From IMG/VR virus record IMGVR_UViG_3300048930_000528, positions 8,050 to 72,049 of that record: a stretch of 64,000 nucleotides of DNA. One strand, 5' to 3'. This document shows positions 18,588 to 28,067 of this stretch, one piece after another. A program made the position numbers and the translations under genes. Below the pieces are notes generated by a model. That model was not told where the DNA came from and searched no databases. It worked only from the letters and a program-made list of their open reading frames with translations. The stretch's first letter is position 1. Every line of letters starts with the position of its first letter. The DNA is from a virus.

Positions 18588-21344
18588 GTGAAACTGTGCG
18601 ATTTCGAGCTCCTCGACGACGTCACTGAGCCAGTGAAGGCGGCTACGGTGTCTCCATCCCGTGCATACGGGCTTCGTCCGTACCAAGCGGAGGCCTTCGA
18701 CGCGATTTACCGCGGCTGGGAAGACCCGGAGGTGCGCGTGCAGATGATTGTGAAAGCCACGGGATGCTTTCGGAAGGGAACGCCCGTGTTGATGTTTGAT
18801 GGAAGCGTTAAAGCTATCGAGGACGTCTCCGTAGGGGAGCGGTTGATGGGTCCAGACAGCCGTCCGCGGTGCGTGATCAGCTTGGCCCAAGGCCACGAGC
18901 AAATGTACGAGATTCGTCCGACCAAGGGGGCTTCTCATGTGGTCAACCGTAGCCATGTCCTGACACTTCTGCGCATCCCTCGCCGGCCTAGTGAGCAATC
19001 TAAGGTAGTCGACATGCCACTTGTTGAGTACCTAAACCAGAGCCGTACACAAAAGCACCTTCTAAAACTTTTCAGGCCCCAATGTGTAGAGTTTGAGGGC
19101 ACCAATCAGGCGCTTCCCGTGGATCCGTATTTCATGGGGGTTTATCTTGGCGACGGATCTTGCCTGCATCGCCATTACGGGCGCTGGTCATCCCTCAAAG
19201 CTGTCGCCATTACGACCGCAGACCCGGAGATTGTAGCCTCGATCAACGAGACTGCATCGAAGCATGGGCTCAATGTGCGTGCTGAGTCTCAAGAGGGCAA
19301 CAAATCCAAGACCTATCACCTATTCGGAAAGCAGGGGCGCGGCCAGCGGAACACGCTGTCACGCATCATGGATTCGCTGGGTGTGTGTTTGGATTCTGGA
19401 GCAAAATTCATTCCTCGCGAATACAAGACTGCCAGCATTGCTGAGCGCGCAGAACTTCTCGCTGGCCTGATTGATACTGATGGAAGTCTCCATGGGTGTG
19501 CGGGCTTTGATTTCGTATCCAAGTCGAAGCAGTTAGCCGAGGACGTCGCGTTCGTTTCTCGTTCCTTGGGGCTGGCTGCTTACGTTAGTCCATGCCGTAA
19601 GGGCTGTCAGACGGGTGCAGTTGGTGATTACTACCGGGTATCTATCTCTGGCGACTGCTCAATTGTTCCATGCCGGCTACCAAGGAAGAAAGCACCGGCA
19701 AGAAGGCAGCGGAAGAGCGTCTTGCGGACGGGCTTTTCCGTTCTACCACTTGGGGTTGAGGAATACTTTGGGTTTTCGCTCGCTGGGGAAGACGGAAGAT
19801 TCCTGCTAGGCGACTTCACCGTTACCCACAACACCGGCAAGACGGTGCTGTTCAGCGCAATCGCCAAACACGAGTCCGGACTCGGCCACAAGGTGCTGAT
19901 TCTGGCCCACACGGACGAGTTGGTTGACCAAGCGATCGACAAATACGCGAAGCTGATGGGCATGCGGGCCGAAAAAGAGAAGGCCGGCAGCTACGCGAGC
20001 CGCTTTGCGAAGACCGTTGTCGGCTCCGTGCAGACCATGGCCGGAAACATGCGCCTCTCAAGCTGGCCGAAGGGTCATTTTCACACGATCATCGTAGACG
20101 AGGCCCACCGTGTCCTGGCCGAGTCCTACCAAAAGGTGCTGAAGCACTTCATGGCGGGCGGCGCCCGCGTGATTTGCGTCACTGCAACCCCTGACCGAGG
20201 CGATAACCGGCCACTCGGGGAGTTTGTGGACCGTATTTCCTACGAGTACGGACTGCTTCATGCCGTCCGGGACGGCTGGCTGATTCGCCCTATCGTGAAA
20301 ACTATGCCCGTCACGATCGACCTGAACGGCGTTCGCACGAAAAGCCACGACTTTGACCAGTCTGAGGTCAGTCATCGACTCGTTCCGTTCATGGCTGCCA
20401 TCGCCGACGCCATCAAGAAGGCCGCTCCGAACGGCAAGATCATGATTTTCCTACCGTCGGTTGAGACCGCGCAGATCATGAGTCGCCACATGAACGAGGT
20501 CGGCATCACGTGCGACTGGGTGGCCGGCATTTCCGAAGACCGGAAGGCGAAGATTCAGGCCTACAAGGCGGGGAAAATCCAAGCCATCTGCAACATGGCT
20601 CTGCTGACCGAAGGATTCGACCACGACGCCATCGACACGATGGTCATTCTGCGCCCGACGAAGGTGCGTAGTCTCTACAGCCAAATGGTCGGCCGCGGTA
20701 CTCGTCCGCTGAATACGATTATCGGAGCCCTGTCGAAGGCGTCGAATGCACTGGAGCGCCACGCCATCATCAAGGCATCGGCCAAACCGGTGCTGACCAT
20801 CTTGGATTTCCTCTGGCTCTACAAGAAGCATGACCTCTGCAAGCCGGCGTCGCTCGTGTCTGACCGCGAGGACGTCGCCGAGCAGGTCGAAAAGAACATC
20901 GAGGCCACGGACGGCGACCTGATTGCAGCCGAGGAGCGCGCCGAGGTGGACCTGCTGGCCAAGCTGGAGGAGGCGGTGCGCAAAAACTCCGACCGGAAGG
21001 CCGAGGTTGTGGACCCGCTCGCCCTGGCCGCGGAGCTGGGCGACCTTGAAATTGCCAACTACACGCCGGACACCAAGCGCGACGCACAGATCCCGACCGT
21101 CGAGCAGCTGCGGCAGATCGCAGCCAATGGGGTCAGTGTGGCCAACATCAAGCACCGGGGACACGCCCGTCTGATTCTTGAGCGGTTGGTCAAGCGGCAC
21201 GAGCAAGGCCTTTGCCCTGCGCGCCAACTCAACTTCCTACGGACCCTCGGGATCGATGCAGCCCACATGAGCTTTCAGGAGGCCAACGACGCCATCAACA
21301 AGTGGACCGCCGAGCAGGGCGGAAGGAAGGACGTGATCGCATGA
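18588..21344 (+). CDS. SF2 DExH helicase (Res III/UvsW-like) containing an intein
   Basis: LRPYQ, KATG|TGKT split Walker A, IVDEAH, TATP, LTEGFD, QMVGRGTR. Confidence 0.9.
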   Translation: MKLCDFELLDDVTEPVKAATVSPSRAYGLRPYQAEAFDAIYRGWEDPEVRVQMIVKATGCFRKGTPVLMFDGSVKAIEDVSVGERLMGPDSRPRCVISLAQGHEQMYEIRPTKGASHVVNRSHVLTLLRIPRRPSEQSKVVDMPLVEYLNQSRTQKHLLKLFRPQCVEFEGTNQALPVDPYFMGVYLGDGSCLHRHYGRWSSLKAVAITTADPEIVASINETASKHGLNVRAESQEGNKSKTYHLFGKQGRGQRNTLSRIMDSLGVCLDSGAKFIPREYKTASIAERAELLAGLIDTDGSLHGCAGFDFVSKSKQLAEDVAFVSRSLGLAAYVSPCRKGCQTGAVGDYYRVSISGDCSIVPCRLPRKKAPARRQRKSVLRTGFSVLPLGVEEYFGFSLAGEDGRFLLGDFTVTHNTGKTVLFSAIAKHESGLGHKVLILAHTDELVDQAIDKYAKLMGMRAEKEKAGSYASRFAKTVVGSVQTMAGNMRLSSWPKGHFHTIIVDEAHRVLAESYQKVLKHFMAGGARVICVTATPDRGDNRPLGEFVDRISYEYGLLHAVRDGWLIRPIVKTMPVTIDLNGVRTKSHDFDQSEVSHRLVPFMAAIADAIKKAAPNGKIMIFLPSVETAQIMSRHMNEVGITCDWVAGISEDRKAKIQAYKAGKIQAICNMALLTEGFDHDAIDTMVILRPTKVRSLYSQMVGRGTRPLNTIIGALSKASNALERHAIIKASAKPVLTILDFLWLYKKHDLCKPASLVSDREDVAEQVEKNIEATDGDLIAAEERAEVDLLAKLEEAVRKNSDRKAEVVDPLALAAELGDLEIANYTPDTKRDAQIPTVEQLRQIAANGVSVANIKHRGHARLILERLVKRHEQGLCPARQLNFLRTLGIDAAHMSFQEANDAINKWTAEQGGRKDVIA
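18765..19832 (+). mobile_element. Intein with LAGLIDADG homing endonuclease (356 aa)
   Basis: Starts CFRKGT, ends VTHN before Thr+1; MGVYLGDG and LAGLIDTDG motifs; lower GC than flanks. Confidence 0.95.
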
Positions 21345-22993
21345 GCGCAGAAGCCCAGGCCTTTGCCGGCCGCACGATGCCGTTCAGCGCGGAGGCCGAG
21401 GAGTACCTGCTGTCCTGCTGCCTCATCGATGGAGCGGCCACGATCGCGCAGTGCGTTCGCATGGAGGTCGAGCCGTCGGACTTCTACGTCCCGGCCAACT
21501 TCATCCTGTTCGGCAAGATTCTGGAGGTGTACCAGTCCAAGCCCCCGGTCACGATCGAGGTGGTTGCGCAGGAATTGCAGGCCTCGCGGATGCTGGATGA
21601 GGTCGGCGGGTTCAACTACCTCATGCAGGTCACGAACCGCGTGCCAACGACGGCGAACGCGGACTACTTCATCGCAAAGGTGAAGGAGCTTTCCACCCTG
21701 CGTAAGGCGATCCGCAATTTCACGGCTGTCGTGGAGCGCGCCTACCAGTACGACGGCGACCTCGACGGCTTCCTAGACTTTGCCGGCGCGGCCACGAGTA
21801 AGATTGGCAATGCCGCATGGTCCAAGGACGAGATCCGCCGCGCCGCTGACATCACCGTCCCGCCCGATGGAGACGAGGACACGCTGATCGGCGACCGCTA
21901 CATTTGCCGAGGAGGCCAGTGCATCACGGTGTCAGGCGCCGGCATGGGCAAGAGCTCTTTTGCGATTCAGGAGGCATTCTCCTACGCGCTTGGGATGCCG
22001 CATCTTGGCATGCTGCCAAAGCGCCCGCTGACCTCGCTAATCATCCAGGCCGAGGACGACGATGGTGACATTGGCGAGGTCGTTGAGTCTGTGAAGCAGT
22101 CGCTCAAGCCGGACGGCCAGCCGCTGACAGAGGAGCACATCGAGCAGATCCGGCAGCGGGTGTTCATCGTCTCCGACAACCGCTCATGCGGCGATTCGTT
22201 CCTGCGCAAGCTGGCCGCACTCGTGGACCGAGTGAAGCCGGATCTCGTATTCATCAACCCACTTCACGCCTACATTGATGGCGACGTGAAGGAGTCCGAT
22301 GCGGTCAAGCAGTTCTGCCGGCGGGGCCTCAACTCGGTGAACAAGGACAACAAGTTCGCCTACATGGTCACGCATCACACGACCAAGCCACCGTCGGAGA
22401 AGGTGAAGGAGAAGGCGTGGAACGAGATGATGTACGACATGGCGGGATCGGCCGACCTGATCAACTGGGCGCGTGCCGTCCGTATCATCAAGGCCGAGCC
22501 TTCGCAGGAGGGGAGCTTTACGCTGTACCTCGCCAAGCGCGGGAAGCGAGCCGGCGTACTCACGGAATCGGAAAGCGGCGCGAGCTTCGAGGTAACCACC
22601 AAGGTTCCCATCAAGCACGCGACCGGGACCATCAAGGTCAAGGGCCGGCGGAAGCCGATTCAGCGAATCTACTGGGAACCACGGGAGCCGACGGAGGAGG
22701 AGCAGCGGAAGTCATCTTCGCCTGGCCGATCACGCGGCGACATGGGGCGCCCGAAGAAATCGAACCATGGCGAGCTGTGCTATTGCTTCCCGGCTTCTTC
22801 GGCTGAGCCAGAAGCACTAGCGGCGATTGGTCGCCAAGCCAAGAGCCTGACCGGAATTTCTGACCGCACGTTCTATCGTGTCCGCGAAGAACTCATGGAC
22901 GCCGGCCTCGTCACCGTCACCGACGACGGCGGCTACCGGAGGACGGCCCGCGGCGATGCCGCTGCCAACGACTATCTCAAATCTCGCCCATGA
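21341..22993 (+). CDS. Replicative helicase: DnaB N-terminal domain fused to RepA-like AAA_25 ATPase and C-terminal wHTH
   Basis: PFSAEAEEYLLSCCL DnaB-N; SGAGMGKS Walker A, QAEDD, HHTTKP, GSADL.NWAR. Confidence 0.8.
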   Translation: MSAEAQAFAGRTMPFSAEAEEYLLSCCLIDGAATIAQCVRMEVEPSDFYVPANFILFGKILEVYQSKPPVTIEVVAQELQASRMLDEVGGFNYLMQVTNRVPTTANADYFIAKVKELSTLRKAIRNFTAVVERAYQYDGDLDGFLDFAGAATSKIGNAAWSKDEIRRAADITVPPDGDEDTLIGDRYICRGGQCITVSGAGMGKSSFAIQEAFSYALGMPHLGMLPKRPLTSLIIQAEDDDGDIGEVVESVKQSLKPDGQPLTEEHIEQIRQRVFIVSDNRSCGDSFLRKLAALVDRVKPDLVFINPLHAYIDGDVKESDAVKQFCRRGLNSVNKDNKFAYMVTHHTTKPPSEKVKEKAWNEMMYDMAGSADLINWARAVRIIKAEPSQEGSFTLYLAKRGKRAGVLTESESGASFEVTTKVPIKHATGTIKVKGRRKPIQRIYWEPREPTEEEQRKSSSPGRSRGDMGRPKKSNHGELCYCFPASSAEPEALAAIGRQAKSLTGISDRTFYRVREELMDAGLVTVTDDGGYRRTARGDAAANDYLKSRP

Positions 22994-23214
22994 CCAACGC
23001 ACGCATCAACAAACTCCTCAACGACGGACGGCACCAGGCCATCGTCAAGGAAATCGGTGGCAACCGCTACCTGTTCGGATTCGAGCGGATCAGCAGAAAC
23101 AGCCGCAAGCGCAAGGTGAAGTACATGCTGCCCGCTCCGCTCAACCTCAGCCAGCTGACCTCCAAGAAGAAGGCCAATCCATGCACCGATACCGAGTCAC
23201 CCACTACCGAGTGA
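22990..23214 (+). CDS. Hypothetical basic protein
   Basis: ATGA coupling to the helicase gene. Confidence 0.5.
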   Translation: MTNARINKLLNDGRHQAIVKEIGGNRYLFGFERISRNSRKRKVKYMLPAPLNLSQLTSKKKANPCTDTESPTTE

Positions 23215-23510
23215 CGTTGAAGGGCAAGCCGTGCACCGTAATCAAGCACTTCGACGTGCGCGGAGTGCTCATGCCTGAAGGCGAAGGCGCCCTATTCGAG
23301 GTTAAGCGGGGACGAAGCACGCGTCCTCTTACTGCGACATACCTGACCCGCCTTTCCATTCGCAGAATGATCAACCGCACGGTCAAGCTCGGCGACTTCC
23401 TCTACCAGTGCCGCGGCATGACGAACGGCTGGAAGTACGCCTGCCTTATCGGCGTTGGATACAACGACTTCAAGATCGAGCCTCTCAATCTCCAAGCCAC
23501 CACCACATGA
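23181..23510 (+). CDS. Hypothetical protein
   Basis: Start MHRYRV; ATGA coupling to next gene. Confidence 0.5.
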   Translation: MHRYRVTHYRVTLKGKPCTVIKHFDVRGVLMPEGEGALFEVKRGRSTRPLTATYLTRLSIRRMINRTVKLGDFLYQCRGMTNGWKYACLIGVGYNDFKIEPLNLQATTT

Positions 23511-23890
23511 AAATGAACGACTACCAGATCGCGGCGCTGCGCACGGCGCCGGAGATCCAAATCAGCGAGTTCAACGAGAACGGACGTGTCCGTTCGACGC
23601 GTGACCTCCTCCACGGGGCCGCGGGCCTCTGCACCGAAGCCGGCGAACTGATGGACGTCTTCAAGAAGTACGAGTTCTACGACAAGCCCATCGACTGGAC
23701 CAACGTCGTTGAGGAGGCGGGGGATGCGCTGTGGTACATCGCGCAGATCGCCAGGGCCGCGGGCGTCACCATGGACGAGATCGCCCAGCGCAACATTGAC
23801 AAGCTTCGCGTCCGCTACCCCGAAAAGTTCGACCGCGAACTGGCCGTATCCCGCCGCCTCGACCGCGAGAGGAAGGCCCTTGAGGGATGA
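23507..23890 (+). CDS. MazG-like nucleotide pyrophosphohydrolase
   Basis: GLCTEAGEL, EEAGDALWY, NIDKLRVRYP. Confidence 0.88.
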   Translation: MKMNDYQIAALRTAPEIQISEFNENGRVRSTRDLLHGAAGLCTEAGELMDVFKKYEFYDKPIDWTNVVEEAGDALWYIAQIARAAGVTMDEIAQRNIDKLRVRYPEKFDRELAVSRRLDRERKALEG

Positions 23891-24069
23891 AGCCGCCCAC
23901 CTGCCACCGATGCGGCGTGCCGCTCGATAACGGAGTCAAGGCCTGCACGTGCCGCGTCTTCCGAACCATCACGGGTGAAGACTGGCGGGCATCACTGGTG
24001 CACGCGCGCAGGTGGCGGGAAAAGACTGCCGAGCGTATCGGAAAACAACTCAACCCACAAAAGCCATGA
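23887..24069 (+). CDS. Small Zn-ribbon protein
   Basis: CHRC...CTC; ATGA overlaps at both ends. Confidence 0.45.
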   Translation: MKPPTCHRCGVPLDNGVKACTCRVFRTITGEDWRASLVHARRWREKTAERIGKQLNPQKP

Positions 24070-24704
24070 TCAACGTCACCATCGTCAAGAAGGGCGCGGC
24101 CGAGACCTGCCCTGCCTGCAATGCCACAAAGGCCAGCATCCACCGCAACACGTACCGCGGCGTGGAAATCAACGGCGTGCGCGCCAGCCCGGTCTATACC
24201 TGCATGAACTGCAACTCGGTCTACGTGGAGGATCCGGCCCCGGCCGTCGCAATCCCCATTGTCCGGCAGGCCGTGGCGCCCGATGCGCCGGCACTGAAGC
24301 TGCCGGGGCGTGAGGAGCCGCTTGCGCCTGCGCAGGAACCCACTACGCCCTCGCTTTCCATCAAGGGGCCGGTGGTTACCGTGAAGGAGCCGGAGCCCGA
24401 GCCTGAGGCCCGCGCTTCTCGCCCAAAGGATGATATGAACGCCACCGCGCTCAGGCTCCGGGTTGCGCTCGAAGACCTCGAGCAGATCGCGGCCGAGTTG
24501 GGGCTGACCTGCGACAAGACCAGCATGGCCGCGGACATCATCGCCGAGATCCGCCACATCCGCAACGCCACGGGCCTGCGCGCCACGTACGCTACGGCCC
24601 GCGCCCTTGGTCTTCACCTGGCCAAGCATCAGACGCTCATCAATACAGACAAGCGCGGTCACAAGCTGATCGACAACCTGCGCGAAGCGCTCCGCCTCAA
24701 GTGA
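24066..24704 (+). CDS. Zn-ribbon hypothetical protein
   Basis: CPAC...CMNC, Pro-rich linker. Confidence 0.55.
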   Translation: MINVTIVKKGAAETCPACNATKASIHRNTYRGVEINGVRASPVYTCMNCNSVYVEDPAPAVAIPIVRQAVAPDAPALKLPGREEPLAPAQEPTTPSLSIKGPVVTVKEPEPEPEARASRPKDDMNATALRLRVALEDLEQIAAELGLTCDKTSMAADIIAEIRHIRNATGLRATYATARALGLHLAKHQTLINTDKRGHKLIDNLREALRLK

Positions 24705-24886
24705 AGATCGTCGCCGCCAGCGTCTGGCCCAAGGCCACCTTCAAGCCGCCCGAGGCACACCTGCCCGGCGGCTACACCCTGCCCGAAACCCGACCCGAGC
24801 CGCGCATCACGCTCGAGTTCGACAACGGAGAGAAGACCACCACCAAGCTCAGCCAGATGCTCAACTACCAACCACCCAAGCCATGA
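24701..24886 (+). CDS. Hypothetical protein
   Basis: Start/stop overlaps on both sides. Confidence 0.5.
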   Translation: MKIVAASVWPKATFKPPEAHLPGGYTLPETRPEPRITLEFDNGEKTTTKLSQMLNYQPPKP

Positions 24887-25251
24887 TCTCCGACGAACCC
24901 GAAGGCGGCGTGCCGCCTGACTTCAATGAAATGATAAAAGAGTTCGAGGCCCACATGTCTCAACTCAATGCGGCGGCCAACGCCAAAGTCGAAGCCGCCA
25001 TGGCTGCCATGATCCAGCGCGTTGATGGTGCCGTGCCAAACCGCGAGGAGATCGCCGCCAAGGGCGCCATCGTCCAGATCGAGGGCTGGCCCCGCGTGCG
25101 CTTCTTCGTCTGGAAGCGCAACCACGTCCTGGCGTGGGTCATTGACCTGACGCAGAACGGCGATGCGGCGGTCGTAATAAAAGAAGTGCCGAGGGAACAA
25201 TGGCCCTCGGCACTGGTGAAGTCAGAGTTCGTCGATCCTAGCGACGGCTGA
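24883..25251 (+). CDS. Hypothetical protein
   Basis: Last gene of + operon, converges with the - block. Confidence 0.55.
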   Translation: MISDEPEGGVPPDFNEMIKEFEAHMSQLNAAANAKVEAAMAAMIQRVDGAVPNREEIAAKGAIVQIEGWPRVRFFVWKRNHVLAWVIDLTQNGDAAVVIKEVPREQWPSALVKSEFVDPSDG

Positions 25252-25450
25252 CAGGTTCGCTCACCTCGTCCGTGTAGTCCTCAATCGGGGGAAGTGACTC
25301 AATCTCTTCCTCGTACTGCTCCCATAGTTCGGGCCAGTTCTTCTTGATATCCTCAAGGACGTGCTTTGGCGCCCGGACTTTGTATATAGACCCGCCCGTT
25401 CGCTCGTTCTTAACGAACATGAACGGCAGTGTTATGCTTTGTGTGCTCAT
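25238..25450 (-). CDS. Hypothetical acidic protein
   Basis: 70 aa ORF at end of - block, lower GC. Confidence 0.45.
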   Translation of the reverse strand: MSTQSITLPFMFVKNERTGGSIYKVRAPKHVLEDIKKNWPELWEQYEEEIESLPPIEDYTDEVSEPVSRR

Positions 25451-25504
25451 GGGCTTTTGACGCGCTCGCGCACCACAAGGTGCGGAAACCGCTTGCCGTA
25501 GGCC

Positions 25505-25825
25505 TCAGTGACGAATCTGCCCGTCACTGAGCTGCGGTAGCGGTGGGTTGGTTTGGGTTTCTTCATGGGTGGAAAGTCTCCGCGCGAGATCCTGCGCAAG
25601 CCGCGCCTCCTGCTCGTGAAGGCCGGCTAAGTCGGCAGGCGTCAGGCCGCGGATCGTGGCATGCGTCAGCGTGTTCTCGGACTTAGCCGACCAGATGCCC
25701 TTGATGATCTCATCTACATCGGCGGGAATGGGCGGCGCAGGCGCAACCCTCCCCGCCGCCACGGCTTTGACGGCGGCGGGCAGCGCAAACAGGCTGGCAA
25801 GGAATCCGCGGCGTGTGGGCTTCAT
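25505..25825 (-). CDS. Twin-arginine signal protein carrying a capsid N-terminal-like segment
   Basis: MKPTRRGFLASLFAL; residues 52-78 align with capsid residues 21-47. Confidence 0.65.
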   Translation of the reverse strand: MKPTRRGFLASLFALPAAVKAVAAGRVAPAPPIPADVDEIIKGIWSAKSENTLTHATIRGLTPADLAGLHEQEARLAQDLARRLSTHEETQTNPPLPQLSDGQIRH

Positions 25826-26028
25826 GCCTTCACCCCTTCCCGCGTCAGCCAGTTCGCCGCGTACCCAGACAGCCGATACAGATCCTTGGGCCTCAATACC
25901 ACGGTCGCCAGACCCGGTATCGCACGGTCCCGCTCCGTCACCGTCAGGCTGAATGTGCCGTCGCCGACGGGCGTCAGCCGCGCCTCAGCCGATCCACGGT
26001 CGATAACAAGAGAGTCTTTCGCGCTCAT
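25822..26028 (-). CDS. Hypothetical protein
   Basis: ATGA-coupled chain. Confidence 0.5.
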   Translation of the reverse strand: MSAKDSLVIDRGSAEARLTPVGDGTFSLTVTERDRAIPGLATVVLRPKDLYRLSGYAANWLTREGVKA

Positions 26029-26237
26029 GGCTTTTGGCGCCTCCAGTTCGCCCGGCGCGGCCGGATCACGACCCAGCTCCCCACACGCGCCCCAGTCGAA
26101 AGATCAACCCGCATCCACTGAAGCTCAGGCTCCCCCCCGCCAAACGGAGAGACCGACAGCACACGATCACCAGGCTGGCGAATCTCGTGCTTTGCCAGCC
26201 GGCGCCAGTTGGCGGGGATCCTCACGGAGGCGTTCAC
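26025..26237 (-). CDS. Hypothetical protein
   Basis: Start/stop-coupled chain. Confidence 0.5.
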   Translation of the reverse strand: MNASVRIPANWRRLAKHEIRQPGDRVLSVSPFGGGEPELQWMRVDLSTGARVGSWVVIRPRRANWRRQKP

Positions 26238-26716
26238 TCATCCACCTCCGTTCCGCAGGGCGCCCACGTCTTCCCGCCGTCGAGGGAGTACTCGAACTCC
26301 TTTTGAAGCCGGTCCCAATTCACGAACTTCCCCCCGTCTGAACATCCGCTTGGAACACTGACGCCCATGCTGGTCCACAACAGAATCATCCATACAGTAG
26401 ATACGTGCCTCCAGTGGCCGTCGCGCAGCAGCACGCACCCCTTCGGTGCCGTCTCGAGCGTCCACGGAATCAGCTTCTTCTTCGGCGCGGGGCGGCTTGC
26501 GGGGTCGATGCGGTAGTCATAAAGCGCCCAGTTCCACGCCGGTGCACCAAGTGAGGGATAGTACCAACCTTTAACAAATCCACGAATCGAACCCCCCTTC
26601 TCGCCCTGCTGCACGGGCTTGCCCTCCAGCGCCGCCTGCATCACCGCGATCTTGTATTCAAGCGGTGGATTCGCCGGGCAGGTGTAGATGTCGATGGGGG
26701 CTGGGTCGGTAGGCAT
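26234..26716 (-). CDS. Hypothetical phage protein
   Basis: KIAVMQA...P.WNW..YDYRI pattern seen in phage hypotheticals. Confidence 0.6.
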   Translation of the reverse strand: MPTDPAPIDIYTCPANPPLEYKIAVMQAALEGKPVQQGEKGGSIRGFVKGWYYPSLGAPAWNWALYDYRIDPASRPAPKKKLIPWTLETAPKGCVLLRDGHWRHVSTVWMILLWTSMGVSVPSGCSDGGKFVNWDRLQKEFEYSLDGGKTWAPCGTEVDE

Positions 26717-26725
26717 CTGATTCGG

Positions 26726-27022
26726 TTACCTCAAATCAGAACTGACATTGCAAGCAGAAACTGGACACCCAGGCGGCGACACCCGGCTTCCCTTCTCGTC
26801 CACCCACCACACCGCGCCGGCGGCGACGGCCTCAGCCAGCCCGGCACCCGAAAACATGATCGTGCCGGATGGGTCGAAGTAGAACGGCACCCCGCTCTTC
26901 ACCAGCGTGTCCACGTCGACGTAGGCCCGCGGCCACCCCGGGGACTCATCCACCTCGGCCTGCATCCGACGCAGATCGGCCAACTGCTGCTGCAGCCACT
27001 CCGGCGTGATGGGATCGGTCAT
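26726..27022 (-). CDS. Hypothetical protein
   Basis: GGAGG RBS, ATGA coupling. Confidence 0.5.
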   Translation of the reverse strand: MTDPITPEWLQQQLADLRRMQAEVDESPGWPRAYVDVDTLVKSGVPFYFDPSGTIMFSGAGLAEAVAAGAVWWVDEKGSRVSPPGCPVSACNVSSDLR

Positions 27023-27360
27023 GTTGCCTCCTTGGTCAGGTCCAAGAGCGGGACCGTCTTCCCGCGCAGATCGTGCGAGCAGTCGTCGAGGAACTGCGCC
27101 TGCCCATCGTTGATCCACGAGTGACAGCGCCACGTCTCCTCACTCCCGCCGATCGTGAGCACACTCGGCCGCAGGGTAGGCCGCTCGGTGTCGGCATTCC
27201 ATGTCCATGCGTTCTTCCCCTCGCGCGCTCCCTTGATGATCACGGGCAGCACCAGCTCGCCGCTCGGGCCGGGAAGATTGATCCGCAGGTGCGTAGCTTC
27301 GAACACGGTGCAGGGCTCGTAGCCCTGGCCATGGATCAGCTTCAGGGGCTGGGCCTTCAC
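27019..27360 (-). CDS. DUF6527-like metal-binding protein
   Basis: WTWN.D.ERPTLRPSVL...CHSWINDG..QFL.DCSH. Confidence 0.65.
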   Translation of the reverse strand: MKAQPLKLIHGQGYEPCTVFEATHLRINLPGPSGELVLPVIIKGAREGKNAWTWNADTERPTLRPSVLTIGGSEETWRCHSWINDGQAQFLDDCSHDLRGKTVPLLDLTKEAT

Positions 27361-27590
27361 TGCTCATCCTCCACGGCTTTGATCGTCCGGGCGACGGTTT
27401 GGGCCTGATCCCGCTCCACGAACTCCTGACACGCCGCCTTCCGCGCGTACCAGTCCCCCATCCCCGCGGCATGCCACCCCGTGCCTCCCTCAGGCAGCAG
27501 AAGCGTGCCGACAATCTGGATGCTCGAAAAGTGCTCGGACAGCTGTGCCGCGTGCCGCTCGAGAAGCTCCTGTGCCTCGTTGCGGGTCAT
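27357..27590 (-). CDS. Hypothetical protein
   Basis: Start MTRNEAQ, coupled on both sides. Confidence 0.55.
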   Translation of the reverse strand: MTRNEAQELLERHAAQLSEHFSSIQIVGTLLLPEGGTGWHAAGMGDWYARKAACQEFVERDQAQTVARTIKAVEDEQ

Positions 27591-28036
27591 GACCCCACCT
27601 CCCCCTCCAGCGCCTTCTCCGCCCGCTTCCTCAGCCGCCACGCGTACATCCGGCAGGTGGCAGAGCAGTACTTCGGCTTCCGGGCCATCTTCACGGACAG
27701 CGACCACGGGAACAGCGACCCGCAGTGCAGGCACGTGAACTTTGGCGCCGTCAAAGGCTGGCAGTGATGGTTCACCAACTGCCTCGCAGGCACAGAGATC
27801 GCCGTCGGCTTCCAGTCCGTCACCATCCCTTTCTGGACTTTCTGGACTTGGACCACCTCGTCCGCTCCCACTGCCAACGTCTCCCGCGCCACTGCCAAAG
27901 CCTCCTCCTTACTTTCGGCAGTGACCTCGAGGTCGATCAGGACTGGCACCCGCGCGTACCCTGCCACCCGCCATCTCGGCAGGTCCACCCTCACTCCCCG
28001 CGCCAAGCGCGCCGCTAAAGATTCGCCAGAAGGCAT
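27587..28036 (-). CDS. Zn-finger hypothetical protein
   Basis: CLHCG...KYCSATCR. Confidence 0.55.
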   Translation of the reverse strand: MPSGESLAARLARGVRVDLPRWRVAGYARVPVLIDLEVTAESKEEALAVARETLAVGADEVVQVQKVQKGMVTDWKPTAISVPARQLVNHHCQPLTAPKFTCLHCGSLFPWSLSVKMARKPKYCSATCRMYAWRLRKRAEKALEGEVGS

Positions 28037-28067
28037 AAGCCTTCTGTCACGCCAGCGGCGCCATGTG

